From NCBI GenBank assembly GCA_039630085.1, contig JBCNVM010000005.1:36587-100586 (forward strand): 64,000 bases of DNA. The letters are read 5' to 3'. Below are positions 44,896-55,282 of the stretch, piece by piece. The position numbers were made by a program, and so were the translations under genes. The stretch is from Candidatus Caldarchaeales archaeon (GTDB lineage Archaea; Thermoproteota; Nitrososphaeria_A; Caldarchaeales; Calditenuaceae). How positions within the stretch are numbered: position 1 is the first letter of the stretch; each line of letters starts with the position of its first letter. The notes beneath the pieces are model-generated. The model ran no database searches, was not told the DNA's origin, and saw nothing but the letters and a program-made list of their open reading frames with translations.

Positions 44896-45675
44896 TCAGA
44901 TCGTCAGGCCCGAGGACCTCAGGAACTTCTGGACCCTGGAGGCCTCCTCCTCGTGGGTCCTGTTCAGCGCGACCTTCTCGGCCAGGTACTCCCTGTACTT
45001 CCCGTCCATGTTCCCGTACTTCCTCAGGTAGCCCTCCGCGTTGTAGGCCTCGTCGGCCTCCTCGATGTACCGGCTCAGCTCCTCGTCCGAGGGCTCGCGG
45101 TATCTGTCCACGTGGTAGACCACCTCGAGGGGCAACCGGGGCCTCAATGGCGGGGACTCGGCAGGCTGGCCGATGCAGAGGAGGAAGAGCGGAATCACCC
45201 TCTCCGGGAGACCCAAACCCCTCGAGAACTCCTCCGGAGCCCTGAGCGGGTAATCGAGGACGACGCTCCCCAGCGCCAGCGCCTCGGCCGCGATTATCAT
45301 GTTCTCCATGAACATCGCCAGCTCCACGAGCATCTCGACGGTCTCGACCGGGTGCCTCTCGGTCCTGAGCAGGTGCCTCTCCGCGAGCATCGAGAAGAAC
45401 CTCGAGGTCCTCCTGAGGTCGAGGCAGACCAAGAGGACGAGCGGGGCCCTGAGCGGCGGGTCGTCGCCGACGATCTCGATCACCTTCCTCCTCAGTTCGG
45501 GGTCGCTCAGCCTGATTACCGAGTAGGACTGGTAGACGCAGGGAGCCCTCTGCCCGGCCTCGACGATCAGCCTCGCTACCTCCTCGCCGACCGAAGCGCC
45601 GGAGAAGTACCTAATCGACCTCCGGTTGAGCATCGCGCTGATCAGTCCCCGCCGCCTCACGGAGGCCGTCCTCAT
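44896..45675 (-). CDS. Nitroreductase family protein (NfsA-like)
   Basis: RRSIR.F, AP...QSYS.I, AAE...LG.V, LP..V.P.F.L.IG.P...P..RPRLP. Confidence 0.88.
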   Translation of the reverse strand: MRTASVRRRGLISAMLNRRSIRYFSGASVGEEVARLIVEAGQRAPCVYQSYSVIRLSDPELRRKVIEIVGDDPPLRAPLVLLVCLDLRRTSRFFSMLAERHLLRTERHPVETVEMLVELAMFMENMIIAAEALALGSVVLDYPLRAPEEFSRGLGLPERVIPLFLLCIGQPAESPPLRPRLPLEVVYHVDRYREPSDEELSRYIEEADEAYNAEGYLRKYGNMDGKYREYLAEKVALNRTHEEEASRVQKFLRSSGLTI

Positions 45676-45754
45676 CCCGGCGCAGTCCGTCCTAGGTCCT
45701 AGTAAGAGTTACCGCGGGCGGCCTCCGCGGGGCTCCTCAGGGGTCTGCTCTCGC

Positions 45755-46327
45755 TCAGCCCTGCTCGGCGAATAGCGGCAGGACGCCCAAGTGCTCCACG
45801 TCGTCGTGGACCTTCCCCTCGACCAGTATCGCGGCCTTCTTGTAGACTATGCCCCCCGCCCTCCTCACGAGGTCCTCGAGGGCCCTCATCGTCTCCTTCG
45901 TGCTGACGATGTCGTCGACTATCGCGACCCTCTTCCCCTCGATGAGCCTCGCGTACCTCCCGTCGAGCGTCAGCGTCTGCGGCCTCTGGCTGGTGATGGG
46001 CTTGTAGGTGACCGTGATCGGGTTCTCCATGTACGGCAGCGGCCTCTTCCTCGCTATCACGTACTGCCTGTGGCCCAAGATCTTCGCGATCTCGTGGACC
46101 AGCGGGACGCCTTTCGTCTCGGATGTGAAGAGGACCTCGGCCTCCCTCAGCCTCTCCGCGAGTAGCCTTGCGCAGTGGGAGATGAACTCGACGTCGCCGA
46201 GGCTGTCGAAGTACGCGATGTAGAGCCTGTCGGAGACCTTCATGAGCGGGAGGGTCTTCTTGTATCCGGCGACCTCGAGTTCGTAGAACCTCCTTCCCTC
46301 CAGCGGGAGAATTACCTCTCCCTTCAA
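45755..46327 (-). CDS. Type I phosphoribosyltransferase (adenine PRT-like)
   Basis: E.KG.PL, ARK, PRPP motif VAIVDDIVST. Confidence 0.88.
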   Translation of the reverse strand: MKGEVILPLEGRRFYELEVAGYKKTLPLMKVSDRLYIAYFDSLGDVEFISHCARLLAERLREAEVLFTSETKGVPLVHEIAKILGHRQYVIARKRPLPYMENPITVTYKPITSQRPQTLTLDGRYARLIEGKRVAIVDDIVSTKETMRALEDLVRRAGGIVYKKAAILVEGKVHDDVEHLGVLPLFAEQG

Positions 46328-46364
46328 ACCGGAAATCTACGAAGAGTCCCACTGATAAACTTTG

Positions 46365-48452
46365 TTAACGCGAGGGCGTCTCGCCGAGGACGGACTTGGC
46401 GAGCAGGCTCACCGTGTGAACGACCGGAACGTTCAGGAACCTCTTGAGCTGCAAAGCGCAGACGCTGCTCTCCGTGACGACGAGTTCGGGCCGCGTCTCC
46501 GCGATCCTCCTAGCCACCATCCTCCCGATCTCCGCGCCGAGCCCGTGCCCGACTGCGCCCCTCCTCATCCCCCAAGTCCCGGCCATCCCGCAGCACCCCA
46601 GCTCCCTCGAGACGACCTTGTAGTCGATCGACTCGAGCACCGCTCTCGTGGCTGCCTCGAGCCCCGTCCCCCTCCCGTGGCAGCTGACGTGGTGATACAC
46701 GACCCTGCCGGACATCTTAGACTGTCCCAGCCGGGCCTGGAGGCCGTCCGATGCGATGAGCTCCGTGAGGTTGAGCGTCGACTCCGCGACCTCATGGGAC
46801 TCCCGCGTCCCCAGCAGCGCCGGGAACACCTCCCTGATGCAGTATCCCGCGGTGGGCTCGGTCACGACGACCCTCGTTCCGCCCTCGACGTGCGGGTGCA
46901 GGGCCGATACGACGCTCTCGGCGACCCTCGCTGCCAGCCCCAGGCGACCGTATTGAACCGCGGGCATGTTGGTCCCGACTCCGTCGCACACGACGACCCG
47001 ATACTCCAGCGAGCGGAGGAGCGCGACGGCCTCGAAGCCGACCTTCCAGTCGATCAGAGACGCGAACGTGTCAGGGAAATAGACGACCGTTCCGCTCCCG
47101 CCATCCCCGCCGTCCGTCAGTCCCGCTCTCTCGAGGGCCCTCCGCAGCGTCCCGCCCCTGAACTCCGGCAGCGGCGCGCTCCGGTCGATCCCCGCCAACA
47201 GCTCCAGCGCCGCCCTCAAAACCCTCGACCTCTGGGCCCGGTTGAGAGGGGCCGCGATCATCGACCCGAGCCTCGCGTAGAGCCCGAACCCGGCCGCGAG
47301 CGCGGTCGACCTGAGCTCCCTTCTCCTCAAGGACTTGACCCTCGAGATGAGGAGGGGTATCCTGATTCCCATGGGGCACTCGAGCTCGCAGAGGCCGCAG
47401 GAGAGGCAGAGCTGGGAGTAGCCGTTCGCGGTCCTAGGACCGGAAGTCACCGCGTCCCACAAGATCCCGATCGGGCCGGTGTAGTTGCCCCCGAAGACGA
47501 GGCCGCTCACGGTCCTGTAGGGATTGCAGACGTTGAAGCAGGCCCCGCACCTCACGCAGAGGTTCACTTGCCAGAGCCAAGGGTCTCTGAGGGCCTCGGT
47601 CCTTCCGTTGTCCAGCAGCACCAGCACGAACCTCTTCCCACCTCCCCACCACCTGGGGCCGTACAAGGTGACGTAGGAAGGCATCCTGCCTGTAGCGCTG
47701 ACCGATTGGACCCTCGCGACCCTGATCGCCGCCTCCAGGCCCTTCACAAGCTTCTCGACGCCCGCGATGCAGACGACGAGCCCCGGGAACCCGACGACGA
47801 ACTGCTCGTTCCCCTCGTTGGTGACGACCGCGACGGTCCCGGTCTCCGAGTCGATCGCGTTCGCGCCGGTGATCCCCGCTGCCGCGCCCATCATCTCCTC
47901 CCGGAGGTGCCTCCTGACCGCCGCGACGATGCTCCGGGGATCGGGGTCCACCTCCTCTCCCAGCGACCTGCTCAGGACCGCGGCGACCACCTCCCTGCCC
48001 ATGTGGAGCGCCGGCCCGAGGATGTGGGAGGGCCTCTCGCCCGCGAGCTGGACCACCCTCTCGCCTAAGTCGGTCTCGACGACCTCGATCCCCGCTGAGA
48101 CGAAGGCCTCGTTCAGGTGGATCTCCTCGCTCGTGATGGACTTGGACTTGATCACTAGCCTCACGCCGGCGTCCCTGAGGACCCCGACGACCGCCCTCCT
48201 CGCGTCCTCCGCGCTCCTCGCGAGGATCACCTCGCCGCCGGCCCGCTCGACCGCGGCCCTCACCTCCTCGACCAGCTCCCCGAGCCTCCTGAGCGCGGAG
48301 ACCTTCGCCTCCCTGACGATCCTCAGCTCCTCGACCTCCAGCCTCCCGATCCCCTCGTCCCGGGAGCGCTTCGTCTCCTCGAAGACCCACCAGAGCCTCT
48401 CGACCCTTGCCCTGTCCCTCAGCGCCGCCGCGGTCCTTCGCTCAAGGCTCAT
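46365..48452 (-). CDS. LutB/LldF-type LUD + 2x[4Fe-4S] protein fused to CCG domains (lactate utilisation)
   Basis: KSKSITSEE, ETDLGE, PSH...PA.H, NEGN, LDNGR, CVRCGACFNVC, CLSCGLCELECP, CCGMAG. Confidence 0.9.
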   Translation of the reverse strand: MSLERRTAAALRDRARVERLWWVFEETKRSRDEGIGRLEVEELRIVREAKVSALRRLGELVEEVRAAVERAGGEVILARSAEDARRAVVGVLRDAGVRLVIKSKSITSEEIHLNEAFVSAGIEVVETDLGERVVQLAGERPSHILGPALHMGREVVAAVLSRSLGEEVDPDPRSIVAAVRRHLREEMMGAAAGITGANAIDSETGTVAVVTNEGNEQFVVGFPGLVVCIAGVEKLVKGLEAAIRVARVQSVSATGRMPSYVTLYGPRWWGGGKRFVLVLLDNGRTEALRDPWLWQVNLCVRCGACFNVCNPYRTVSGLVFGGNYTGPIGILWDAVTSGPRTANGYSQLCLSCGLCELECPMGIRIPLLISRVKSLRRRELRSTALAAGFGLYARLGSMIAAPLNRAQRSRVLRAALELLAGIDRSAPLPEFRGGTLRRALERAGLTDGGDGGSGTVVYFPDTFASLIDWKVGFEAVALLRSLEYRVVVCDGVGTNMPAVQYGRLGLAARVAESVVSALHPHVEGGTRVVVTEPTAGYCIREVFPALLGTRESHEVAESTLNLTELIASDGLQARLGQSKMSGRVVYHHVSCHGRGTGLEAATRAVLESIDYKVVSRELGCCGMAGTWGMRRGAVGHGLGAEIGRMVARRIAETRPELVVTESSVCALQLKRFLNVPVVHTVSLLAKSVLGETPSR

Positions 48453-48982
48453 GGGCTCACCGCGAACCTCAGCGTTACAGGCCCGTGGGCACCGAGTACC
48501 CTCACGTGCTCGACGTCTCTCGTCGCGCTCGGCCCCATCACTAAGTGGACCGGCCCGCCCGACTCCCTCATGACCCTGCGGATGACCGAGGACGCCCTCA
48601 CGACGTCGAGGACGCTCTCGGCCCGGATCAGGACCATCAGGTGCTCGGCCATCGCGGATGCCCTTTGAGTCCGCGCGTCTCCCCAGAGGACCGCGGCCCC
48701 CATCTCGGCGATCGCGGCGCCCGCCGACCTGACTAGGAGGACGCCGTTATTGTGGGGCCTTAGGATCGCGAGGTCGACCTCCCTCAGGGGCCTCGACCCG
48801 GCTGGAAGGGAGAGCTCGCCCCGGCCGGCGGCATCGGCGAGGGCGTCGTCGACGACGGTCAGCCTCGCGGTCACCTCCGAGGCGGCCCTCCTCACGGCCT
48901 CCGCGAGCTCGGAGGGCTCGCGCAGCACATCCACCCTCACGCCGTTCGCTTTGCAGCTCTCGAGGAAGGCCTCCAGCGACAA
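48449..48982 (-). CDS. LutC/LldG-type LUD-domain protein
   Basis: AIAE.G, GPSAT.DVE...VLGAHGP; coupled to the lutB-like gene. Confidence 0.85.
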   Translation of the reverse strand: MSLEAFLESCKANGVRVDVLREPSELAEAVRRAASEVTARLTVVDDALADAAGRGELSLPAGSRPLREVDLAILRPHNNGVLLVRSAGAAIAEMGAAVLWGDARTQRASAMAEHLMVLIRAESVLDVVRASSVIRRVMRESGGPVHLVMGPSATRDVEHVRVLGAHGPVTLRFAVSP

Positions 48983-49050
48983 CCGCCATTCCGTGTCTGC
49001 CCCGCTGAAATAAGGATATTGAAGGCTCGGGACTTTCTGGCTCCGGGGAG

Positions 49051-50946
49051 ATGAGGGTACCGCTGAGCCACTTCGAGCTCCAGGCGCTGGTGAAGGAGAT
49101 CGGTCCGAGGTTGGAGGGCGCGAGGGTCGCGAACGTCTACTCGATGCCCGACGGGAGCTACACGCTCAAGCTCAGGACGAGGTCGGGGACGGTCGAGCTG
49201 AGGGTCGTCCCCGAGTCCCTCCTCTTCCTCGTCGAGGGCACTTACGAGGAGCACCCGCCACCCGACGAGTTCGCGTCGTCGCTGAGATCTCACCTGAGGG
49301 GCAGGACCGTGAAGGCGATCAGGCCGGTCGAGGGCGAGAGGGTCGTCGAGGTGCTCTTCGACTCAGGACAGAGGCTCCTGCTCCAGCTCTTCCCCGGCGG
49401 AAGGACGGTGCTACTCTCCGGGTCCGGCGAGGTCGTCCTCTCGCGCCCCTCCCTCGGGCCGGGAGAGCGGGTCCAAGCTCCGACCCCGAGGCCGGTGGAA
49501 GCGCGGGAGCTCCTCGGGGCCCTGAGGTCGCTGCCCGGTGACCAGAAGGTCGGGTCCGCGATGGTCAGGTCGCTGAACCTCCCTCCCAAGTACATCAACG
49601 AGGCCCTCCACAGGGTCGGGATCGAGGGCTCGAGGAGGGCGAGGGAGTTGAAACCCGAGGAGCTGGAGGGGATCGGGAGGGCGCTGTCGGGCCTCTTGGA
49701 GGAGCTCTCGGCGGGCAGGCCCCTCCTCTACAGGTCCCGGGACGGGGTCGAGGTCTCGCTGGCGAGGCTCACGCACCTCGAGTCGAAGGGGTACGAGCCC
49801 GAGGAGTTCGGGACGGTCAACGAGGCGGTCATCAGGTATTTCGCGGAGCAGGCGGCGGTCCAGCGGGCCGCGTCGAGGTCCAGGGAGGTCGAGGAGAGGG
49901 TCGCGAGGCTGAGCAGGGAGATCGCGGAGAAGGAGGAGTCGCTCCGGAGGGTCGAGGCCGAGGCGTCGGAGCTGAGGGCTCTAGCAGACGAGGTCTTCGC
50001 CCGGATGCACGAGGTCGAGTCCTTCAGGGTCGGGCGAGAGGCCTCCGCGGAGATCGGCGAGCTCTCGGTCAAGAGGGAGGGAGGTGCCCTGGTCCTGAGG
50101 AGGGGTAGGGCCGAGTTCTCCCTCAGCTCGAGGGAGCAGGTCTCCAAGCAGGCCTCAAGGATCTACGAGAGGGTGAAGGGGCTCGAGGAGGCCGCGCGGA
50201 ACATCAGGGCCGAGGTCGAGCGGCTCAGGTCCGAGGCCGAGGAGCTGAGGCGGTCCGTCGTCCCCGCGATGTCCGCCGAGGAGCCCGCGGTCAAGCGGTC
50301 GAGGCCGAGGGAGTGGTACGAGGCCTACCGCTGGACTTTCACGAGCTCCGGGAGGCTCGTCGTGGCGGGGAGGGACGCGCAGAGCAACGTCAGACTCCTG
50401 AGGAGGCACGTGGACCCCGACGACCTCGTCTTCCACGCGGAGGTGAGGGGCTCTCCGGTCGCGCTGCTGAAGGGCGGGGGCGACGAGCTGGACATCCTGG
50501 AGGCCGCGACTTTCTGCGGGTGCCACAGCAGGGCCTGGAGGGAGGGACTCGGGTCTGTCACGGTCTACCACGTCAGGCCCGAGCAGGTCTCCTTCACGCC
50601 ACCGCCCGGCACCTACCTCCCGAAGGGTTCGTTCATCGTCAGGCCGCCGAAGAACTACCTGCAGGTGAAGCTGGAGCTCGCTGTCGGGATCACGCCCGAC
50701 GGTAGGGCGGTTTCAGGGAGCAGGGGTTGGGTCGGTTCAGTCGCCGCGGTCTACGCGGTCATCGTTCCAGGCCGGAGGAGGGCGGTCGATGTCGCGAGGG
50801 AGCTGCTGAGGGCCGCGAACGGTTCGGGGCTCGAGCTCGAGGTCTCGCTGGTCCCTGATGTTGCGTCGCTCGTTCCGTACGGCTCTGCAGAGGTCGTAGA
50901 GGTCGTCAGGGCGGTCAGGGGAGAGGCCTCGAGCTCTGAGCCGTGA
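49051..50946 (+). CDS. rqcH: Ribosome quality-control factor Rqc2/NEMF (NFACT family)
   Basis: F...LR.HL, ERVV, WYE.YRW..TS.G.LV.AGRDA..N, FHA...GSP, V..EQVS..PP.G.YLPKGSF. Confidence 0.9.
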   Translation: MRVPLSHFELQALVKEIGPRLEGARVANVYSMPDGSYTLKLRTRSGTVELRVVPESLLFLVEGTYEEHPPPDEFASSLRSHLRGRTVKAIRPVEGERVVEVLFDSGQRLLLQLFPGGRTVLLSGSGEVVLSRPSLGPGERVQAPTPRPVEARELLGALRSLPGDQKVGSAMVRSLNLPPKYINEALHRVGIEGSRRARELKPEELEGIGRALSGLLEELSAGRPLLYRSRDGVEVSLARLTHLESKGYEPEEFGTVNEAVIRYFAEQAAVQRAASRSREVEERVARLSREIAEKEESLRRVEAEASELRALADEVFARMHEVESFRVGREASAEIGELSVKREGGALVLRRGRAEFSLSSREQVSKQASRIYERVKGLEEAARNIRAEVERLRSEAEELRRSVVPAMSAEEPAVKRSRPREWYEAYRWTFTSSGRLVVAGRDAQSNVRLLRRHVDPDDLVFHAEVRGSPVALLKGGGDELDILEAATFCGCHSRAWREGLGSVTVYHVRPEQVSFTPPPGTYLPKGSFIVRPPKNYLQVKLELAVGITPDGRAVSGSRGWVGSVAAVYAVIVPGRRRAVDVARELLRAANGSGLELEVSLVPDVASLVPYGSAEVVEVVRAVRGEASSSEP

Positions 50947-50959
50947 TCCCGAGAGAGAA

Positions 50960-51080
50960 GGGGCACCAGCACGCGGCTTTCACGGGTGGTCTCCCACCCC
51001 ACTACTCGCCGCGCGGACGGGGCTTAGCTTCCGGGTTCGGAACGGGTCCGGGCGTTTCCCCCGTCCTATGACCGGTGCCC
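50960..51080 (-). rRNA. rrf: 5S rRNA (unlinked)
   Basis: Reverse complement GGGCACCGGTCATAG...CCCGTTCCGAACCCGGAAGCTAAGCC...GTGCTGGTGCCC; terminal helix and conserved CCGAAC loop. Confidence 0.96.
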
Positions 51081-51144
51081 GCTACCCTACCGGTGAGGCT
51101 CCGTATTAACCATGAACCCGCGGTGTAGGACATATTAGAGCGGT

Positions 51145-52146
51145 ATGCCATCTAAACACGTGAGGATTCTGCTCATCAGGGAGGACGAGGTCAGGTCGCT
51201 CCTGACGATGCGGGAGGCGATCGACGCGGTGGAGGCAGCGTACAGGGAGAAGGGGCTTGGAAGGGTCCAGATGCCGCCGAAGTCCTACATCTACTTCCAC
51301 GAGGCCGACGGCGACCTCAGGGTGATGCCCTCGTACATCCCGTCGCTGGGGAGGGCGGGCGTCAAGCTGGTCAACTCGCACCCCTTCAACCCGGAAAGGC
51401 ACGGGCTCCCGACGGTGATGGCGATCGTCGTGCTCTACGAGCCGGCGGACGGCAGGCCGCTCGCGGTGATGGGGGGGACTTGGTTGACCGCGATGAGGAC
51501 CGGTGCGGGGAGCGGTGTCGCGACCAAGTACCTCGCGAGGAGGGACTCGAGGTCGGTGGGCATCGTCGGAGCCGGGACCCAAGCTAGGACGCAGCTGATG
51601 GCGATGGTCGAGGTCCTGAACGGCGCCTCTGAGGTCAGGGTCTACGACAGGAGGATCGAGACCGCGAGGGCCTTCGCGGATTGGGCCTCGAGGGAGCTCG
51701 GCCTGGCGCCCAGGGTCTGCGAGTCGGCCGCGGACTGCGTCCGGGGAGTAGATGTCCTCTGCACCACGACGCCGGCGAGGTCTCCGATCGTGATGGCCGA
51801 GTGGGTCGCTCCCGGGACGCACGTCAACGCGATCGGCGCCGACGCTCCGGGGAAGCAGGAGCTGGACCCAAGGATCCTCAAGTCCGCGAGGGTCTTCGTT
51901 GACGACATGGAGCAGGCAGTCCACAGCGGCGAGGTCAACGTGCCCATCAGGCAGGGTATACTGAAGGTGGAGGAGATAGCCGGCGAGATCGGCGAGGTCG
52001 TCGCGGGGAGGAAGCCCGGCCGCACGAGCGACTCCGACGTCACAGTCTACGACTCCACGGGGCTCGCGATCCTCGACCTCGCGACGGGCGAGCTGGTTTA
52101 CAGGAAGGCCGCGAAGGAGGGCGTCGGGGCCTGGATAGAGGTCTGA
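51145..52146 (+). CDS. ala: Alanine dehydrogenase (ornithine cyclodeaminase/mu-crystallin family)
   Basis: MPPK.Y, GDLRVMP, GVK.VNSHP.N, T.MRTGA, GAGTQA, IGADAPGKQELD, DSTGLAI.D. Confidence 0.88.
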   Translation: MPSKHVRILLIREDEVRSLLTMREAIDAVEAAYREKGLGRVQMPPKSYIYFHEADGDLRVMPSYIPSLGRAGVKLVNSHPFNPERHGLPTVMAIVVLYEPADGRPLAVMGGTWLTAMRTGAGSGVATKYLARRDSRSVGIVGAGTQARTQLMAMVEVLNGASEVRVYDRRIETARAFADWASRELGLAPRVCESAADCVRGVDVLCTTTPARSPIVMAEWVAPGTHVNAIGADAPGKQELDPRILKSARVFVDDMEQAVHSGEVNVPIRQGILKVEEIAGEIGEVVAGRKPGRTSDSDVTVYDSTGLAILDLATGELVYRKAAKEGVGAWIEV

Positions 52147-52155
52147 CCCTGACCG

Positions 52156-52530
52156 CTACTCCTTCCTCTTGAGGGACTCCTGTAGCTCCATCCCCTTTCT
52201 CAGGACCGTGATCAGGGCGTCTATCGCCTCCGCGAGCCTCTCGATCTCGTCGGGGTCTCCGGCCCTGGCGAGGATCCTCGTGAGCTCGTCGATCTTGGCG
52301 ACCGCGACCTCCTCCAGCGCGCTCAGGACGTATGGGTAGACGGCCCTTCCCGCCTCTGTCTCGTCCCTGACGATCACCACTGGCTTCTCGCAGACCGCGC
52401 ACATGACCTCGCCCTTCACCTCGACCAGCGGGCTCCCGCACTCCGGGCAGCTCTCGGTCCTCAGCTTCGCCCCCGACTTGAGGGCCGCGGCCAGCCTCTT
52501 CACCCGCTCGTCCCCGCCGAGCCGTGCCAT
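52156..52530 (-). CDS. UPF0148 / autoantigen-p27-like Zn-ribbon protein
   Basis: L.SGAK....CPECGSPL.....G...CAVC. Confidence 0.85.
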   Translation of the reverse strand: MARLGGDERVKRLAAALKSGAKLRTESCPECGSPLVEVKGEVMCAVCEKPVVIVRDETEAGRAVYPYVLSALEEVAVAKIDELTRILARAGDPDEIERLAEAIDALITVLRKGMELQESLKRKE

Positions 52531-52625
52531 CGCCCAACCGACTCAGCCTCCGCGTCCAAAAAGCCTTCACTCCTCCGCGTCATCCGGGAAACCGTTATCA
52601 GAGGACCCCGCTCCGTGTCCGCCCG

Positions 52626-53261
52626 ATGGGATGGGAGACGCTGATCCCGATGGTCGTCGTGGTCTCGGCGAGCGGCGTCCTCTCGCCGGGTCCGCTCACG
52701 GTCGCCACCGTCGCCTCTAGCGCGAGGTTCGGAAAGGTCGCAGGTCCCCTGGTCTCCACGGGGCACATGATCGTCGAGTTCCCGCTGGTGATGCTGATAG
52801 CCGCAGGCCTCACGGGCGTCCTCCACGACCGCTTCGCCCAACTGATGACGGGAGTGCTCGGCGGAGCGGCGGTCATCGCCTTCGGCGCCTTGGGGCTCGC
52901 GCAGTCCCTGAGGTCGCGGGGTCAGGTCGGGACGAGAGGGGGAGCCGGGGGCTTCAGGGGCGGGCCGCTGATTGCGGGGCTGCTCTTCACCGGCCTGAAC
53001 CCCTTCTTCCTGACTTGGTGGCTCACCGTCGGCGCGGCGCTGATCTCGGAGGCCCTCGCCCTCGCCTCGATCCCCGGGGTTGTGCTGATGTACGCCTCAC
53101 ACATTTGGATGGACTACGCCTGGCTGACCCTGATCTCCTTCGCCTCCGAGCGGGGACTGAGGGTCTTGGGCTCGAGGGCCCTGAGGTACGCGGAGGTCGC
53201 TCTGAACTCGGTCCTCCTAGCGATGGGGGTCATCCTCATCCTGAGGGTATTTCGGCCCTGA
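52626..53261 (+). CDS. LysE-family transporter
   Basis: SG.LSPGPL, GH..VE, G......LNPFF..WW, H...D. Confidence 0.88.
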   Translation: MGWETLIPMVVVVSASGVLSPGPLTVATVASSARFGKVAGPLVSTGHMIVEFPLVMLIAAGLTGVLHDRFAQLMTGVLGGAAVIAFGALGLAQSLRSRGQVGTRGGAGGFRGGPLIAGLLFTGLNPFFLTWWLTVGAALISEALALASIPGVVLMYASHIWMDYAWLTLISFASERGLRVLGSRALRYAEVALNSVLLAMGVILILRVFRP

Positions 53262-53321
53262 TCCAGGTCCCCTTTAATCCGGACTCAATTATAATAGGGC
53301 ACGCAGTACCCCTACCCCCGG

Positions 53322-54500
53322 ATGGCCGAGGAGGGGGCCGCGAGGAGGGTACTGATACTGGTCGTTGACGAGGACGACGATGTCGGCCGGAAGACCGGAT
53401 GGGAGACTCCTATCGTCGGGAGGGACAGGAACTTCCTCGCGGCTAAGGACCTCCTCCTCGCGGACCCCGAGGAGGCCGACGCGAACGCGATGTTCGCGGC
53501 CGTCAAGCTCTACGACGAGCTCTCGAGGAAGGGCGACAACACCGTCGAGATCGCGACGGTCTCCGGCAAGTCCGGCGGAGGCCTCGAGTCCGACAGGAAG
53601 CTCTCCCAGGAGATCGAGCGGGTGATCGCGGACTTCCCGGCCGACGAGAGCATCGTCGTCACGGACGGCCCCCTCTCCGAGTCGGTGAGCGCGATAATCA
53701 CCTCGAGGGTCAAGGTTGCCTCTGTGAGGAAGCTGGTGGTCAAGCAGAGCCCCTCGATAGAGACGACGTGGATCCTGCTGGGGAAGTACCTGAGGACCGC
53801 GCTCTTCGAGTCCGAGTACGCCAGGGTCATGCTCGGGATACCGGGGACCTTCCTGCTCGCCATAGGCGTGCTCTTCTACTACAACCTCCTCACCCCCGCC
53901 ACGTTACTCATCCTTATAGGGATCGCCCTCGCGGTCAGGGGCTTCGGGATAGACACGGCGGTCGCGTCGTTCTTCAGGAAGCTCCAGACGGTCCCGGCCA
54001 GGCCGGCACTATACCAGGTCAGGGTCTACGTCGGCTTCTCCTCAGCCATCCTCATAGTCGTCGCGCTGGTCGCGGGCATCAACAGCGTCACGGCCTACAT
54101 CGCGCAGAACTTCCCGCCCCCCTCGGCCGGAGCCCAGGACCCGGTCTTCTGGGCCCAGAGGATGTCGCTGCTGGCCGGCGTGATGCTCCTCAGCTCGGTC
54201 GACCTGCTGGCGATCTCAGCCTCGATCTCGCTCCTCTACGACCTCTTCTACCAGATCTACCTCAGGAGCGTGAGGGTCGTGAGGTCCGCGACTGCCCTTG
54301 TCTTCCTGGTCTTCCTCTGGGCACTGCTCAGGGCGTTGGGGAGCTACCTGGTCAGGGGCGAGGAGATCTACATCACCCAGATGATCCTCATCGTGATCAT
54401 GGGGATCGCCTCGCTCGCGACGATGTACATCCTCCTGTCCGCCGTAGGTCTCGGGTTCATCAGGAGGAGGCGGGTCGCGGGCGAGGGTGAGGCAGAGTGA
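53322..54500 (+). CDS. DUF373 family membrane protein
   Basis: VD.DDD.G.K.....PI.GR, DPEE.DAN..F, V.DG, VVKQS.SIET, LGIPG; adjacent to uppS. Confidence 0.88.
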   Translation: MAEEGAARRVLILVVDEDDDVGRKTGWETPIVGRDRNFLAAKDLLLADPEEADANAMFAAVKLYDELSRKGDNTVEIATVSGKSGGGLESDRKLSQEIERVIADFPADESIVVTDGPLSESVSAIITSRVKVASVRKLVVKQSPSIETTWILLGKYLRTALFESEYARVMLGIPGTFLLAIGVLFYYNLLTPATLLILIGIALAVRGFGIDTAVASFFRKLQTVPARPALYQVRVYVGFSSAILIVVALVAGINSVTAYIAQNFPPPSAGAQDPVFWAQRMSLLAGVMLLSSVDLLAISASISLLYDLFYQIYLRSVRVVRSATALVFLVFLWALLRALGSYLVRGEEIYITQMILIVIMGIASLATMYILLSAVGLGFIRRRRVAGEGEAE

Positions 54501-55282
54501 TGCGGCCTCTGCTCAAGGCTCTTGGCGCGTACGCGGTCTACGAGGCCCTCCTCTACAGGAGCGTGAAGCGGGGCGAGATCCCCAACCACATCGCGGTAAT
54601 CCTCGACGGGAACAGGAGATGGGCCAGGCTGAACGGCCTCTCGGTCGAGGAGGGCTACAGGGCAGGCGCCCGGAGGGTCGAAGACCTGCTGAGGTGGTGC
54701 CTCGACTTGGGCGTGAACACGGTCACGCTCTACGTCCTCTCCCTCGAGAACATCACCAGGCGACCCAAGGAGGAGGTCGAGGCCGTCTACAAGATCCTGG
54801 TCGAGTCTACTGAGCGCTTCCTCCGCGACGAGGAGGTGAGGTCCAAGCGCGTAAGGGTCAAGGTGATAGGGAGGAGGTGGGTGCTTCCGGCGGAGGTCGC
54901 GGAGGCCCTCGAGCGCCTCGAGCGCGAGACGGCCCTCAACTCCGACCGCTTCCTGATACTCGCGGTCGCGTACGGCGGGAGGGACGAGATCATCCAGGCC
55001 GTGAGGAGGGTCGCCCAGGACGTGAAGAGCGGAGGCCTGTCCCCCGACGACCTCAGCGAGGATGTCTTCGGCAGGTACCTCTTCACCGGCGAGCTTCCCT
55101 TCCCCGAGCCAGACCTCGTGATCAGGACCTCGGGCGAGGAAAGGATCAGCAACTTCCTCCTCTGGCAGATCGCCTACAGCGAGCTCGTCTTCCTCGACGT
55201 CTACTGGCCGGAGTTCAGGAGAATAGACCTCCTGAGGGCGATTAGGACTTACCAGGCCAGGACCAGGCGGTTCGGCGCCTAG
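54497..55282 (+). CDS. uppS: cis-prenyltransferase (polyprenyl diphosphate synthase)
   Basis: HIAVILDGNRRWA, S.EN..R, YGGR.EI, IRTSGEERISNFLLWQ..YSE, RRFG. Confidence 0.96.
   Translation: MMRPLLKALGAYAVYEALLYRSVKRGEIPNHIAVILDGNRRWARLNGLSVEEGYRAGARRVEDLLRWCLDLGVNTVTLYVLSLENITRRPKEEVEAVYKILVESTERFLRDEEVRSKRVRVKVIGRRWVLPAEVAEALERLERETALNSDRFLILAVAYGGRDEIIQAVRRVAQDVKSGGLSPDDLSEDVFGRYLFTGELPFPEPDLVIRTSGEERISNFLLWQIAYSELVFLDVYWPEFRRIDLLRAIRTYQARTRRFGA

Noticed and set aside
46365-48982. LutB-CCG fusion with LutC and no separate LutA
   Set aside because: The fused CCG domains plausibly supply the LutA function; I regard this as a known arrangement.
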